Assembly (NCBI GenBank): GCA_040390065.1
Contig: JAZJZE010000003.1
Location: 30,239 to 94,238 of the forward strand
Length of the DNA stretch: 64,000 nucleotides
DNA from: a bacterium
Lineage (GTDB): Archaea > Thermoplasmatota > E2 > JACPAO01 > JAHFTW01
Direction of reading: 5' to 3'
Positions 40,509 through 50,124 of this stretch are shown here, piece by piece. Position 1 is the stretch's first letter; every line of letters starts with the position of its first letter. The notes under the pieces are model-generated. The model had not been told where the DNA came from. It did not search any database and saw nothing but the letters and a program-made list of their open reading frames with translations. Both the position numbers and the translations under genes were made by a program.

Positions 40509-40796
40509 TTACACCGCTTCGGCGCACGCCGGGCAGCGCGTCGCGCCTTCCTCGTCCGACGGCCGCCATTGGGCGCCGCAGCGGGGGCAATCCCGTAGTT
40601 GCTGCTGCGGCGACGCGAGGGGACGCCATCCGTTCAGGAAAGGCCAAGCCGCAAGGACGCACACCATGAGGATTGCTGGCACCCACATCGCAAGGGGCAT
40701 GGGCGCGCCGCTTGCCACCTCGTAGGCCGTGAGCCCGACGACTGCGGCCGCCAGGATGACGAGGAACCAGGTTGCCTCCCGCAGCGTGATGTGCAC
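40509..40796 (-). CDS. Small 2-TM protein with C-terminal zinc ribbon
   Basis: Two TM segments plus CPRCGAQW...CPAC. Confidence 0.7.
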   Translation of the reverse strand: MHITLREATWFLVILAAAVVGLTAYEVASGAPMPLAMWVPAILMVCVLAAWPFLNGWRPLASPQQQLRDCPRCGAQWRPSDEEGATRCPACAEAV

Positions 40797-40847
40797 GCTT
40801 AGGGCTTGACGGCCGTGCTTTTCCCCTTTATGGTAAGACGCCCACCC

Positions 40848-41168
40848 TCAGGCGGCGTTCCGGCGGGCCTTTGGGAAGGCGCCGCAGCGGATGCAGAACG
40901 CCACACGGGGCACCACTTTCCACAGGCTGCCACACGATTGGCATGCGGTGAGACGGCGGCCCCCGTCTGCATTGGCCTGCAGCCCCCCCAGAATGGGGTA
41001 CAGCATGAGGAAGGAGACGAACATCAGGGCCGGAGCGATCGTCATGGCACTGACGTGGCGGGTCAGCTGGAACTCCCCGACGACGGCGCCGATGGCCGCC
41101 ACCGCGAGGAGGATGAGGAGGGTCAAGACGAGGCCGGGCTTGAGCCGGCGAGCCGATTTTTCTTCCAT
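40848..41168 (-). CDS. Small 2-TM protein with C-terminal zinc ribbon
   Basis: Two TM segments plus CQSCGSLW...CIRCG. Confidence 0.7.
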   Translation of the reverse strand: MEEKSARRLKPGLVLTLLILLAVAAIGAVVGEFQLTRHVSAMTIAPALMFVSFLMLYPILGGLQANADGGRRLTACQSCGSLWKVVPRVAFCIRCGAFPKARRNAA

Positions 41169-41327
41169 GTCAAGCGCTTGCTCGGCGGACCTGGTAGTTA
41201 AGCCGACTAGGGCAAGACTTGAAACCTGGACGTGAAACGGCCGCAAACCCTGCGCCCGTGGCCACCCTTGCATCAGATGGCAAACACCGAATCGCTTTTG
41301 TAGAAGCAGAAACCATCGAAGGGTGCG

Positions 41328-42302
41328 ATGACCGTGACACGGGCCGACCTCATCGGGACGGTGAGCCAGACCTTGGCCCGGGCAGGTTTCGTCGTGAGCG
41401 AACGCTGCGACCTGCGGCCCGTCAGCTTCGACCTCGTCGCCCGGCGCGACAAGGACCTTCTCATGGTCAAGGTCCTCGCCAACGTCGACGCCCTGTCCGA
41501 TGCCATCGCGCACGAGGTCAAACTCCTGTGCAAGTTCCTGCACGCCCGTCCGCTTCTCGTCGGTCTGCGCGCGGGCACTGGGCCGCTGGAGCACGGCGTC
41601 GTCTACTGCCGCCACGACATCCCCATCATGACGCCCGAGACCTTGCAGGAGTACCTGCACGACGCGGCGCCCATGGTGTTCGCGGCACCGGGCGGATTCT
41701 ACGTCCGCCTCGACGCCGAAGCCCTGCGCGCGGCCCGCGAAGCCGCCCAACTGAGCCTTGGCATGATGGCCCAGATCGCGGGTGTCAGCCGCCGCGCCAT
41801 CCAGATGTACGAGGAGGGCATGAGCGCCTCCATCGACGCCGCGGTCCGTCTCGAGGAATTCCTGCAGGCCGACCTCATCCGCCCGCTCGACCCGTTCGAC
41901 AGCTTCGATCCGACCGCCTTCGCGCCGCCGGCCCCGCAGCCCGAAGCCGACGACCCCATGGAGCGGCTCGTCATGGCCATGCTGCAAGGGATGGGCTACG
42001 ACGTGCGCACGACTCGCCGCAGCCCCTTCAACGCCCTGTCCACGCCAAGCGGTGCTGCAGAGGCCGACGCCGCCCTTCTCACCGGCATCGGCCCCGATTC
42101 ACCACAGCTTCGCCGCCGCGCCCGCGTGGTCGCAAGTGTCAGCCGCGTGACAAGACACCCCGGGTTCTTCGTCGTCGAGCGCACCACGCGCACCACCATC
42201 GAAGGCCTGCCCGTCGTGTCGCGCACCGAGTTGCAGGACCTGCGGGACCCGGAGCAGATCCTGGCCCTCATCCTTGAACGCCAGAAGCGTGGCGCCGACT
42301 AG
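41328..42302 (+). CDS. Archaeal HTH_3 transcriptional regulator (MJ1164-like)
   Basis: SFDLVARR..KVLANVD, APGGFYVRLD, GVSRRAIQMYEEG HTH. Confidence 0.9.
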   Translation: MTVTRADLIGTVSQTLARAGFVVSERCDLRPVSFDLVARRDKDLLMVKVLANVDALSDAIAHEVKLLCKFLHARPLLVGLRAGTGPLEHGVVYCRHDIPIMTPETLQEYLHDAAPMVFAAPGGFYVRLDAEALRAAREAAQLSLGMMAQIAGVSRRAIQMYEEGMSASIDAAVRLEEFLQADLIRPLDPFDSFDPTAFAPPAPQPEADDPMERLVMAMLQGMGYDVRTTRRSPFNALSTPSGAAEADAALLTGIGPDSPQLRRRARVVASVSRVTRHPGFFVVERTTRTTIEGLPVVSRTELQDLRDPEQILALILERQKRGAD

Positions 42303-42347
42303 CGGCGTCCGAGGCCGTCCGGAGCCGAGGCGGGCGCGCCCCCACGT

Positions 42348-42554
42348 ATCCACAGATTCCGCTGAGAGTTCAGGCATCGCCCTGGTGAGCTCTTGCACGT
42401 CTTGCAATCGCACGGACTGGGAGCAGAACACGCAGATTGTGTCAAACCGGCATGGTCAATCTGCGGGTATCAAGATGGCTGACCGAGCGGAGGGAATCGG
42501 CGGAATGCCCGCCCCCGATGACTGACCGAGCGGAGGGAATCGGCGGAATGCCCG
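42348..42554 (-). repeat. Dispersed repeat family A, copy 3 (inverted; subunit duplicated, 43-nt period)
   Basis: 127/131 identity to copy 1; CTGACCGAGCGGAGGGAATCGGCGGAATGCCCG present twice 43 nt apart. Confidence 0.92.
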
Positions 42555-42604
42555 AATGGCACGAACACAAAGTCTCTTTCTCCCTCCCGGGTTGGGTGGG
42601 TTCT

Positions 42605-42907
42605 ATGTCGGCTGGCCGCAAGTACAAGCCCGGAGCCAAGATGGCGTTTCTCGTCGCCACGATGCTGCTCGGCGCCGTCACGTTGCGCGCCTGGGGTCAA
42701 CAACTCCAAGCCGCCTGCCTGCCCAAGCACGGCGTCGCCTGCGTCGATGACATCGTGCCCAACCAGTTGGCCTTCCTCCTCGTCGCCTTCGCCATCGCCC
42801 TGGTCGTCATCGCCGGCGCCATGTGGCTGTACCGCATCGGCGTCAACGGCTACCTCGAGGACATGAAGGCCCAGGCCGGCGAGCCGGTGCAGCGACGCCG
42901 GAAATAA
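42605..42907 (+). CDS. Small 2-TM protein with a two-Cys loop
   Basis: TM-ACLPKHGVAC-TM. Confidence 0.65.
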   Translation: MSAGRKYKPGAKMAFLVATMLLGAVTLRAWGQQLQAACLPKHGVACVDDIVPNQLAFLLVAFAIALVVIAGAMWLYRIGVNGYLEDMKAQAGEPVQRRRK

Positions 42908-42948
42908 TCGACGCAAGCCTCATTTCGGGGCTCGGCAATCGGCCGCGC

Positions 42949-43215
42949 ATGGACGTTCGTCGCGCGGCAGCCATTGCATCGTTTGCATTGGGCGGCCTCC
43001 TCATCGGATGGGGAAGCTGGTACTGGTACCGCGCATCTGAGGATGCCCGGCAGTGCCACGCCAACGGCGGGTGGTTCTGCAACCTGTACGACGCCACGCC
43101 CGCGTCCCTGCTCATGATGGGCGTCGGAGCCCTGCTCCTCGTGGCGGGCGTCCTCGCGCTCGTCCTACGCAAGCCGCCCGCGGGCCAAGCCCCGGGCCAA
43201 GGCCCCAACGTCTAA
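42949..43215 (+). CDS. Small 2-TM protein with a two-Cys loop
   Basis: TM-CHANGGWFC-TM. Confidence 0.65.
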   Translation: MDVRRAAAIASFALGGLLIGWGSWYWYRASEDARQCHANGGWFCNLYDATPASLLMMGVGALLLVAGVLALVLRKPPAGQAPGQGPNV

Positions 43216-43242
43216 ACCTCGGCCGCAAGTCGCCCGTTGAAG

Positions 43243-46200
43243 ATGCAGGACGGCGACGCCTGGGACCTCGAGGCCATCACGGCGAAGTGGCAGGAGCGCT
43301 GGTGGAAGGCCGGCATCCACAAGGCGGACCGCCGCGGCGAAGCGCCCTGGATCGATCCGAAGGGGATTGCGCCGAGCCGCGGCGAGGCGCACGGGTCGCC
43401 GAAGGCGGCCGCCGAACGGTTGCCCGATGCGCCGAAGGCGCCGGGCAAACGTTCGTACTTCATCCACTTCGCTTACCCCGGAATCTCCGGGTTCCTCCAC
43501 GTCGGCCACATGCGGGGCTTCACCTACACGGACGTCTTTGCCCGCTACAAGCGCATGACGGGCCACAACGTGCTGTTTCCGGCCGGGTTCCATGCATCGG
43601 GGATTCCGGCCGTGGCCTTTGCCGCCGAGGTCAAACGCGGCGAGAAAGACGATTACCTGCGCGCCAACGGCTACACTGGCACCATCGCGAAGCTTGCTGA
43701 CCCAAAGGCGGTCGTCGACTACTTCGCGCACGTCTACACCAACGATTACTGGAAGAAATTCGGCTTCCTCATCGACGAGCGCCGCAACTGCACTACCATC
43801 GACCCGGCGTACTCCAAGTTCATCCAGTGGCAGTTCCGCGCCCTCAAGGCCAAGGGCTACCTCATCGAGAAGCCGCATTACGCGCCATTTTGCCCGGTGT
43901 CGGGCCCCGTCGCCGTGGACAAGTCGGAGACCGACATCAAGCAGGGCGGCGGCGCCGAGATCATGGAGTACACGGTGCTCAAGTTCGTGCTGCCGCGCGG
44001 CACCATCCGCGACGAGCGCGTCATCGTCCCGTGCGCGACGCTCCGCCCCGAGACGGTCTACGGCTGCACAAACATCTGGATCCACCCGGACACCGAATAC
44101 CAACTCGTGCGCGTCTGGGCCGACGGCGCCGTCGCCGACGCGGATGCATCCGAGTTGTGGCTCGTGTCGACGGCAGGGCGCCGCAAGCTGGAGTGGCAGT
44201 TCGAGCGCGCCGAGGCGCTAGGTGAGCGGGTGCACGCCCGCGACCTCTTGGGCCAGAATGTGCGCTCGCCGTTGTCGCCCGAGGGCGGCAAGGAAGTCCC
44301 CATCGTGGCGGGCACGTTCGTGGACCCAGCCGTTGCTACCGGTATCGTCATGTCGGTCCCCGGCCACGCGCCCTTCGATTACGCGGCCTACCGTGACGCG
44401 GGCCTCCTCAAGGCCATCGGTGAGCCGCCGCAGATCGCGACGGTCGAGGGCTATGCCGGCCTGCCAGCGAAGATCGCTTGCGACAAGCACCACGTCCAGC
44501 ATCAGACGGACCGCGAGAAACTCGAGGCCGCAACGGAGGAGGTCTACGCGGACGAATTCAACAGGGGCGTCCTCAACGCGTCGTGCGGGCCGTACGCGGG
44601 CAAGCGCATCAAGGCCGTGAAGGACCAGATCAAGGCCGACTTCCAGGCCGACGGGTCCGCCCGCATCCTGCGGCAGTTCAGCGAACTCGTCATCTCACGC
44701 GCGGGCGAGGTCGTGGACGTCAAGCGCATCCCAGACCAGGATTTCATCCATTACGCGGACAAGGCGTGGACGGAGAAGGCCAAGGCGCACGCGGCGACCA
44801 TGGACATCCATCCGGACCGCTACAAGGACGAGATGCCCAACGTCCTCGACTGGTTCGGCGACCGGGCGTGTGTCCGCCGCGGCGCTTGGCTCGGCACCGA
44901 GTTCCCCTTCAAGCCGGGTTGGATCATCGAGCCGATCGCGGATTCGACGTTCTACCCGTGGTTCTATATCGTGCAGCGGTACGTGCGGTCGGACTGGAAC
45001 CCGGAGCCGCCCGCGGGGGGCCTGAAGCTCGAGGAGCTGACGGATGCGTTCTTCGACTTCGTCTTCAACGGCCACGGCAAGGCGGCGCGGCCCCTGTGGG
45101 ACGACGTGCGCAAGGACGTGCTGTACTGGGGCCCCGTCGACATGAACCTCGGCGGCAAGGAGCACCAGACCGTGCACTTCCCGGTGTACGTCATGAACCA
45201 AGTCGCGCTCCTGGAGGACCCGCGGTTGTGGCCGCGCGGCATCTTCGTCAACTGGTGGGTGACACAGAAGGCCGGCGCGAAAATCTCCAAGTCCAAGGGC
45301 GGAGCCGAGCCGATCCCCGGCGCCGCCCAGCGCTACGGCGTCGACGCCATGCGCCTGTACTATTGCCACGTCGGCAGCCCGCACGTCGACATCGAGTGGG
45401 ACCCGGACATCGTGATGGATTACCGGCGACACGTCGAGCGCGTGACGCGGCTTGTCGACGATTGCCTGGCGGCCTCGGGGGGGCCCAGCGACATGGACGG
45501 TTGGCTGCGCTCCGCCTTCGGCCAGTCCATCTTGGCTGCGTCGCGGGCCTACGAGGAGTCGGACCTGCGCTCCGCCGCAGGAACACTGGTCTTCGGCGTC
45601 CCTGACGTCGTGCGCTGGTACATGCGGCGCGGCGGCGCCAACCGCGAGCTGCTGCGCACGACCGTGCAGGATTGGGCCCGCGCGCTCTGCCCGATCGTGC
45701 CGCACGTGGCCGAAGAGATGTTCCACCGCGCACACGGCGACGGACTGTGCTCGGTCGCAGCATTCCCGAAGGCTCCGCCCGGTACGGCTGCAACACTCGC
45801 CGCAGAGGAGTACATGCGCGCAGTCCTCGACGACATCCTCACGGTCAAGAAACTCGCCAACGTCGACAAGATCCAAAGCTTGACGCTCTACACGACGCCG
45901 GCCTGGAAACGCGACCTTGCGGCCAAGGCCCTGGACATGGCGGCCAAGGCTGGCGGCAAGTTCCCCATGGGCGCGTTCATGGGCGACGTGATGAAGGACC
46001 CGAGGATGCGCGAGCTCGGGAAGGACGTGCAGAACTTCACGGCAAAACTGCCGTCACAGGTCACGCAGTACACGCCGCAGCAGCGGGCGTTGATCGCAAG
46101 CGGCGCCGACGAGGCGGCCATCCTTGCCCGGGCGGCACCCTTCCTCGCGGCAGAGGTGGGCGCGCCGGCGATTGCGGTGTACGCCGCGGACGACCCGGCG

Positions 46201-46263
46201 GGCCCGCCGCACGCCAAACGCGCCGTGGCCGGGCCCTTGAAGCCCGGAATCGCCATCGCCTGA
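43243..46263 (+). CDS. leuS: Leucine--tRNA ligase (archaeal type)
   Basis: FAYP..LHVGH (HIGH), ATLRPET, GIVMSVPGHAPFD editing domain, WIIEPIADST, KISKSKG (KMSKS). Confidence 0.97.
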   Translation: MQDGDAWDLEAITAKWQERWWKAGIHKADRRGEAPWIDPKGIAPSRGEAHGSPKAAAERLPDAPKAPGKRSYFIHFAYPGISGFLHVGHMRGFTYTDVFARYKRMTGHNVLFPAGFHASGIPAVAFAAEVKRGEKDDYLRANGYTGTIAKLADPKAVVDYFAHVYTNDYWKKFGFLIDERRNCTTIDPAYSKFIQWQFRALKAKGYLIEKPHYAPFCPVSGPVAVDKSETDIKQGGGAEIMEYTVLKFVLPRGTIRDERVIVPCATLRPETVYGCTNIWIHPDTEYQLVRVWADGAVADADASELWLVSTAGRRKLEWQFERAEALGERVHARDLLGQNVRSPLSPEGGKEVPIVAGTFVDPAVATGIVMSVPGHAPFDYAAYRDAGLLKAIGEPPQIATVEGYAGLPAKIACDKHHVQHQTDREKLEAATEEVYADEFNRGVLNASCGPYAGKRIKAVKDQIKADFQADGSARILRQFSELVISRAGEVVDVKRIPDQDFIHYADKAWTEKAKAHAATMDIHPDRYKDEMPNVLDWFGDRACVRRGAWLGTEFPFKPGWIIEPIADSTFYPWFYIVQRYVRSDWNPEPPAGGLKLEELTDAFFDFVFNGHGKAARPLWDDVRKDVLYWGPVDMNLGGKEHQTVHFPVYVMNQVALLEDPRLWPRGIFVNWWVTQKAGAKISKSKGGAEPIPGAAQRYGVDAMRLYYCHVGSPHVDIEWDPDIVMDYRRHVERVTRLVDDCLAASGGPSDMDGWLRSAFGQSILAASRAYEESDLRSAAGTLVFGVPDVVRWYMRRGGANRELLRTTVQDWARALCPIVPHVAEEMFHRAHGDGLCSVAAFPKAPPGTAATLAAEEYMRAVLDDILTVKKLANVDKIQSLTLYTTPAWKRDLAAKALDMAAKAGGKFPMGAFMGDVMKDPRMRELGKDVQNFTAKLPSQVTQYTPQQRALIASGADEAAILARAAPFLAAEVGAPAIAVYAADDPAGPPHAKRAVAGPLKPGIAIA
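43330..43455. repeat. In-frame palindromic insertion within leuS
   Basis: Three stacked hairpins with CCGAAGG loops, e.g. CGAACGGTTGCCCG..GCGCC-GAA-GGCGC-CGGGCAAACGTTCG; adds about 30-35 aa before the HIGH region. Confidence 0.7.
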
Positions 46264-46525
46264 CCGGACCGGAACCTGAGGGGAACCGGCATCGACCATG
46301 GCTTCTGATGAAGTCAGTTCAGCATTTTCCCTTTATTCCTGAACCTGGTTTAGAATTCGGTACGAGGCGAACGTATCGCGGCGCCTCAAATATGGGCGAC
46401 CAATGGATAGACCGCTGGGATTCCCATGAACACACCACCCTCTTCTGACACACACGAGTACTTCTACTGGTGAAACCGCACCGGAGGCGATGCTTCCGGT
46501 CGAGTCGTCTCCACAGGAAGCCCGG

Positions 46526-46780
46526 CTACCTGGCTTGTCCCTCGTCGCCCTCGCCTTGCACCAACGGCCGGCGGCCCAGGAGCTTGGCGTAGAAGGCGTT
46601 GGGAAAACCGCGCAGCAACCGATTGTAGCGGGCGACCTCGGCTGCGTCCCCGGACCGCGCCCGCCCAAGCGCGAGCTGGAACGTCACGAAGAAAGCGAAG
46701 AAGCCCGCGAGGTACAACGCACCGACGGCGTACAGCACGCGCACAAAGAGGCTCCACGACTGCGGATCCAGGTCCGCCAC
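46526..46780 (-). CDS. Small membrane protein with LemA-like C-terminal motif
   Basis: One TM plus YNRLLRGFPNAFYAKLLG; GTG start inferred. Confidence 0.6.
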   Translation of the reverse strand: MADLDPQSWSLFVRVLYAVGALYLAGFFAFFVTFQLALGRARSGDAAEVARYNRLLRGFPNAFYAKLLGRRPLVQGEGDEGQAR

Positions 46781-46835
46781 GCCAGCGCCGACGCTCCGGT
46801 CTGATTTATAGCCCCATCCCATCGGCGAACCTGCC

Positions 46836-48122
46836 ATGCCTGACAAGGCCCACGCCGCCGCCCACGCCGCCGTCAACCCCTACGAGATGGCCCTGGCGCA
46901 ACTGAGGACCGTGGCCAAGCGCATGAAGCTCGACCCCAACGTCCACGAGGTCCTGAAGCACCCGATGCGCAGCCTCGAAGTCTACCTCCCCGTCCGCATG
47001 GACAACGGCACCATCCGCGTCTTCACCGGCTACCGCGTGCAGCACTCGATGGCCCGCGGCCCCGCAAAGGGCGGTGTGCGCTTCCACCAGAACGTCACCC
47101 TCGACGAGGTCAAGGCGCTCGCCATGTGGATGACGTGGAAATGCGCCGTCGTCGGCATCCCCTACGGCGGTGCGAAGGGCGGCGTCATCGTCGACCCCCG
47201 CGAACTGACGCACACCGAACTGGAGCGCATGGCCCGCCGCTACTTCAGCGAGATCCAGGTGGTAATCGGCGAGAACATCGACATCCCCGCCCCGGACGTC
47301 AACACGAACGCGCAGACCATGGCGTGGTTCATGGACACCTATTCGATGAACAAGGGCTACGCCGTCCCGGCCATCGTCACCGGAAAACCCGTCGACATCG
47401 GCGGCTCCGAGGGGCGGGAGAAGGCCACGAGCCGCGGCATCATCTACTGCGTCCGTGAGGCCGCCAAGGTCATCAAGCTCGACCTCAAGGGAGCAACCGT
47501 TGCCATCCAGGGCTTCGGCAACGTCGGCGGCAACGCGGCCCCGATGTTCGCGGAACTCGGCTGCAAGGTCGTGGCCGTGGCGGACGTGAACGGCGGCATC
47601 CACAACCCGAACGGCCTCGATGTCAAGGCCCTCATGACGCACCTCAAGCAGACCGGGTCCGTGGTCGGGTTCCCAGGCACGAAGCCCGTCACGAACAACG
47701 AGCTGCTGGCGCTGCCCGTCGACATCGTCGTCCCCGCCGCCCTCGAAGGCGTCATCACGAAGGACAACGCGGCGACAATCAAGTGCAAGATCCTCGCGGA
47801 AGGCGCCAACGGCCCGACGACACCTGAGGCCGACCAGATCATGCTGAAGAAGAACGTCTTCGTCATCCCGGACGTCCTGTGCAACGCCGGCGGTGTCACG
47901 GCATCCTACTTCGAATGGGTGCAAGGCCTGCAATCGTTCTTCTGGACCGAGGACGAAGTGAACCAGCGCCTCGACCAAATCATGACGAAGGCCTTCCACC
48001 AGGTCCACGACATCTGGCTGCGCGAGAACAAGAAGGACCCGCTGACGATGCGCCAGGCTGCCTACATGTTGGCTGTAAAGCGCGTGGCTGACGCGATTGC
48101 GAAGCGCGGCATCTATCCCTGA
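46836..48122 (+). CDS. gdhA: Glutamate dehydrogenase (Glu/Leu/Phe/Val dehydrogenase family)
   Basis: GPAKGGVRF, MTWKC, GGAKGG, DIPAPDVNT, QGFGNVG, EGANGP, SYFEWVQ. Confidence 0.96.
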   Translation: MPDKAHAAAHAAVNPYEMALAQLRTVAKRMKLDPNVHEVLKHPMRSLEVYLPVRMDNGTIRVFTGYRVQHSMARGPAKGGVRFHQNVTLDEVKALAMWMTWKCAVVGIPYGGAKGGVIVDPRELTHTELERMARRYFSEIQVVIGENIDIPAPDVNTNAQTMAWFMDTYSMNKGYAVPAIVTGKPVDIGGSEGREKATSRGIIYCVREAAKVIKLDLKGATVAIQGFGNVGGNAAPMFAELGCKVVAVADVNGGIHNPNGLDVKALMTHLKQTGSVVGFPGTKPVTNNELLALPVDIVVPAALEGVITKDNAATIKCKILAEGANGPTTPEADQIMLKKNVFVIPDVLCNAGGVTASYFEWVQGLQSFFWTEDEVNQRLDQIMTKAFHQVHDIWLRENKKDPLTMRQAAYMLAVKRVADAIAKRGIYP

Positions 48123-48216
48123 GGTGCCCCAAGGCTTCGGTCGGCCCCAGGCGTGCCGCTTCTGCCCCCGTCGCAAGGTGCCTCAAGGCCGTCGTGCGAT
48201 GTTTCGGCGGCCGACC

Positions 48217-49212
48217 CTACAATGCAGCTCCGGTCGAGCCGGATTCCGCCCAAGAATGGGACTCGAATTGTGCGATGAGAGCCAGCCAGGAATCGGATGT
48301 CCCGGATTGCCCTACGTGCCCTGGCGCTGCTTGGTGAATCTGAATGTTGCTGTCGCCACCGTCGTCGTCATGCATACACAGCGCGTCCCCGTTGACCGCT
48401 TGGGGATTCATGGAAGGCCCGCAAGTGAAGCTGCCCGACGGCGCCGCCAGAACGGCCTGTCCAGCGATGGGCTCCGTGGCGATGAAAGTCGTCGCATTCA
48501 TGGGCAAACGTCCCGACCACTCTGCAGCCGGCGTCGCGCCCCAGCGCGCCGTCTGTCCATTTGGCAATTCCAGGTAGACGCTGGCCCACGTGCCGTTCAG
48601 GGACAACTCGGAAAGCAGGTAGGCCGTCGTGCTCCACGCAGTCCGGAGGTCGTTCATGCCGCCCGGGCAAACGAGCTGGAAGGAGAACTTGCCTCCGAGA
48701 TCGTTCTCGGGACGGTTCTCGTAGTTCGTGGCCACGTAGTACGTCATGTCCTGACCAGCATCCAGGGTAATCGTCGAATGACTTTTCCCATGGACGAATC
48801 GCGGGAACACTCCAACAGGAGTGGGTTGCACGATGCCTGCGACGGCGACGTTGGCATTGTCCTCCCGAATGAACTCGTGCGCGTACCAAGTGCGACTGGC
48901 ACTGTATGAAATGACCCACCCCACCACGGACGGCTTCGTGACGTTGCCCTCCGTGTCGTAGGTTGCTTCGCATTTCTGCTTCTGCGCCGAGTTGAACGTC
49001 ACGAGCCGCACCGTCGCATTGCCAATCCCCGTCGCGTCAAACCGGACGGATGTTCCATTGACAATCCCGGCCTCCACCGGAACCGTGGGCGCGGGGGAAG
49101 GTTCCGGGGGCAACGGGTCGCCGGCCGGCCCTAATGGGTCGCTCCCAAGGCAGCCGGCGGCAACCGCGCCCAGGATGATCGAAGACGTCATGAGAAGGAA
49201 GGAATACGGCAT
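48217..49212 (-). CDS. Hypothetical lipoprotein (atypical codon usage)
   Basis: IILGAVAAGCLG lipobox; lower GC than neighbours. Confidence 0.7.
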   Translation of the reverse strand: MPYSFLLMTSSIILGAVAAGCLGSDPLGPAGDPLPPEPSPAPTVPVEAGIVNGTSVRFDATGIGNATVRLVTFNSAQKQKCEATYDTEGNVTKPSVVGWVISYSASRTWYAHEFIREDNANVAVAGIVQPTPVGVFPRFVHGKSHSTITLDAGQDMTYYVATNYENRPENDLGGKFSFQLVCPGGMNDLRTAWSTTAYLLSELSLNGTWASVYLELPNGQTARWGATPAAEWSGRLPMNATTFIATEPIAGQAVLAAPSGSFTCGPSMNPQAVNGDALCMHDDDGGDSNIQIHQAAPGHVGQSGTSDSWLALIAQFESHSWAESGSTGAAL

Positions 49213-49447
49213 GATCCACACACTTGGAGGGCACCCGCTTGCCAAGTCGGTCGTGACGAAAGGAGTGTCACGCGAATCCATGGCCTTGCGGTTCAGTCGT
49301 CCGCCACTGTGGAGATATCCCGATAACCACATTGGTCCAATTCTCGAACCAGGAAACAGAAAAAGCGGGCATTGTGATGGCGTCGTCGTCCCCCAGGCTC
49401 GCTGCCGGGACAGAAAACGCCTAAGATGAGGGAGAGTTGCACCACCA

Positions 49448-50041
49448 ATGAAAGGTCGTCGCCTTGCAATCCCTTGCGTGCTCTTGTTCCTCCTGGCGGC
49501 CCTGTCCGGCTGCTCCTCTGGAGGCGACGGGACGGCCAGCGCGTACGTCAAGGATGCCGTCTCCAATGACTTCCGCGAAGTCCACCTCGTCATCACGCAG
49601 GTCTCGATCCACCAGTCCGCCGGCGGCAACGAGACCGCAGGCTGGAAGGTCCTTTTCTCCGGCAGCGTCGACGTGAACCTCATGAACGCGTCCGGCACGA
49701 AGGCCGCCTTCCTCGGCCAAGCCGACGTGCCGGCTGGTAAGTACCAGCAGATGCGCATCATGGCCTCGAGCGCCTACGGCATCACCACGAGCGGCGCCCG
49801 CGTCACGATCGGCCTGCCCAACAACGACCTCAAAGTCGTGAAGGGCTTCAAGGTCGACTCCGGCAAGGAGACGCAACTCGTCCTGGACCTGGACTTGGAG
49901 AAATCGCTCAAGCAGAAGGGCGCCGACTGGGAGTTCAAGCCGGTCATCGGCAAGCTCTACGCCGCCATCAAGGACAAGTCGGACAAGCCTGCAGCCGGCA
50001 AAATCGGCGACGTGGACTTGAAGGACGACGCGGCGGAATGA
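49448..50041 (+). CDS. DUF4382-like lipoprotein
   Basis: LSGC lipobox; YVKDA..F..V, VPAGKYQQMRI, LVLDLDLEKS, FKPVI. Confidence 0.85.
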   Translation: MKGRRLAIPCVLLFLLAALSGCSSGGDGTASAYVKDAVSNDFREVHLVITQVSIHQSAGGNETAGWKVLFSGSVDVNLMNASGTKAAFLGQADVPAGKYQQMRIMASSAYGITTSGARVTIGLPNNDLKVVKGFKVDSGKETQLVLDLDLEKSLKQKGADWEFKPVIGKLYAAIKDKSDKPAAGKIGDVDLKDDAAE

Positions 50042-50124
50042 AGCCCCAGGCCCCCACCAACCACACCATATAGGGGATGTTTGTCGGAAACCGTATCCCG
50101 GGGCTCGCCCTTGGTGGCAAGTCC

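Noticed and set aside
42437-42554. ORFs running through family A (MCQTGMVNLRVSRW..., RLQDVQEPTRTMPE...)
   Set aside because: Frames, starts and stops are not consistent among the copies; they are translations of the repeat.
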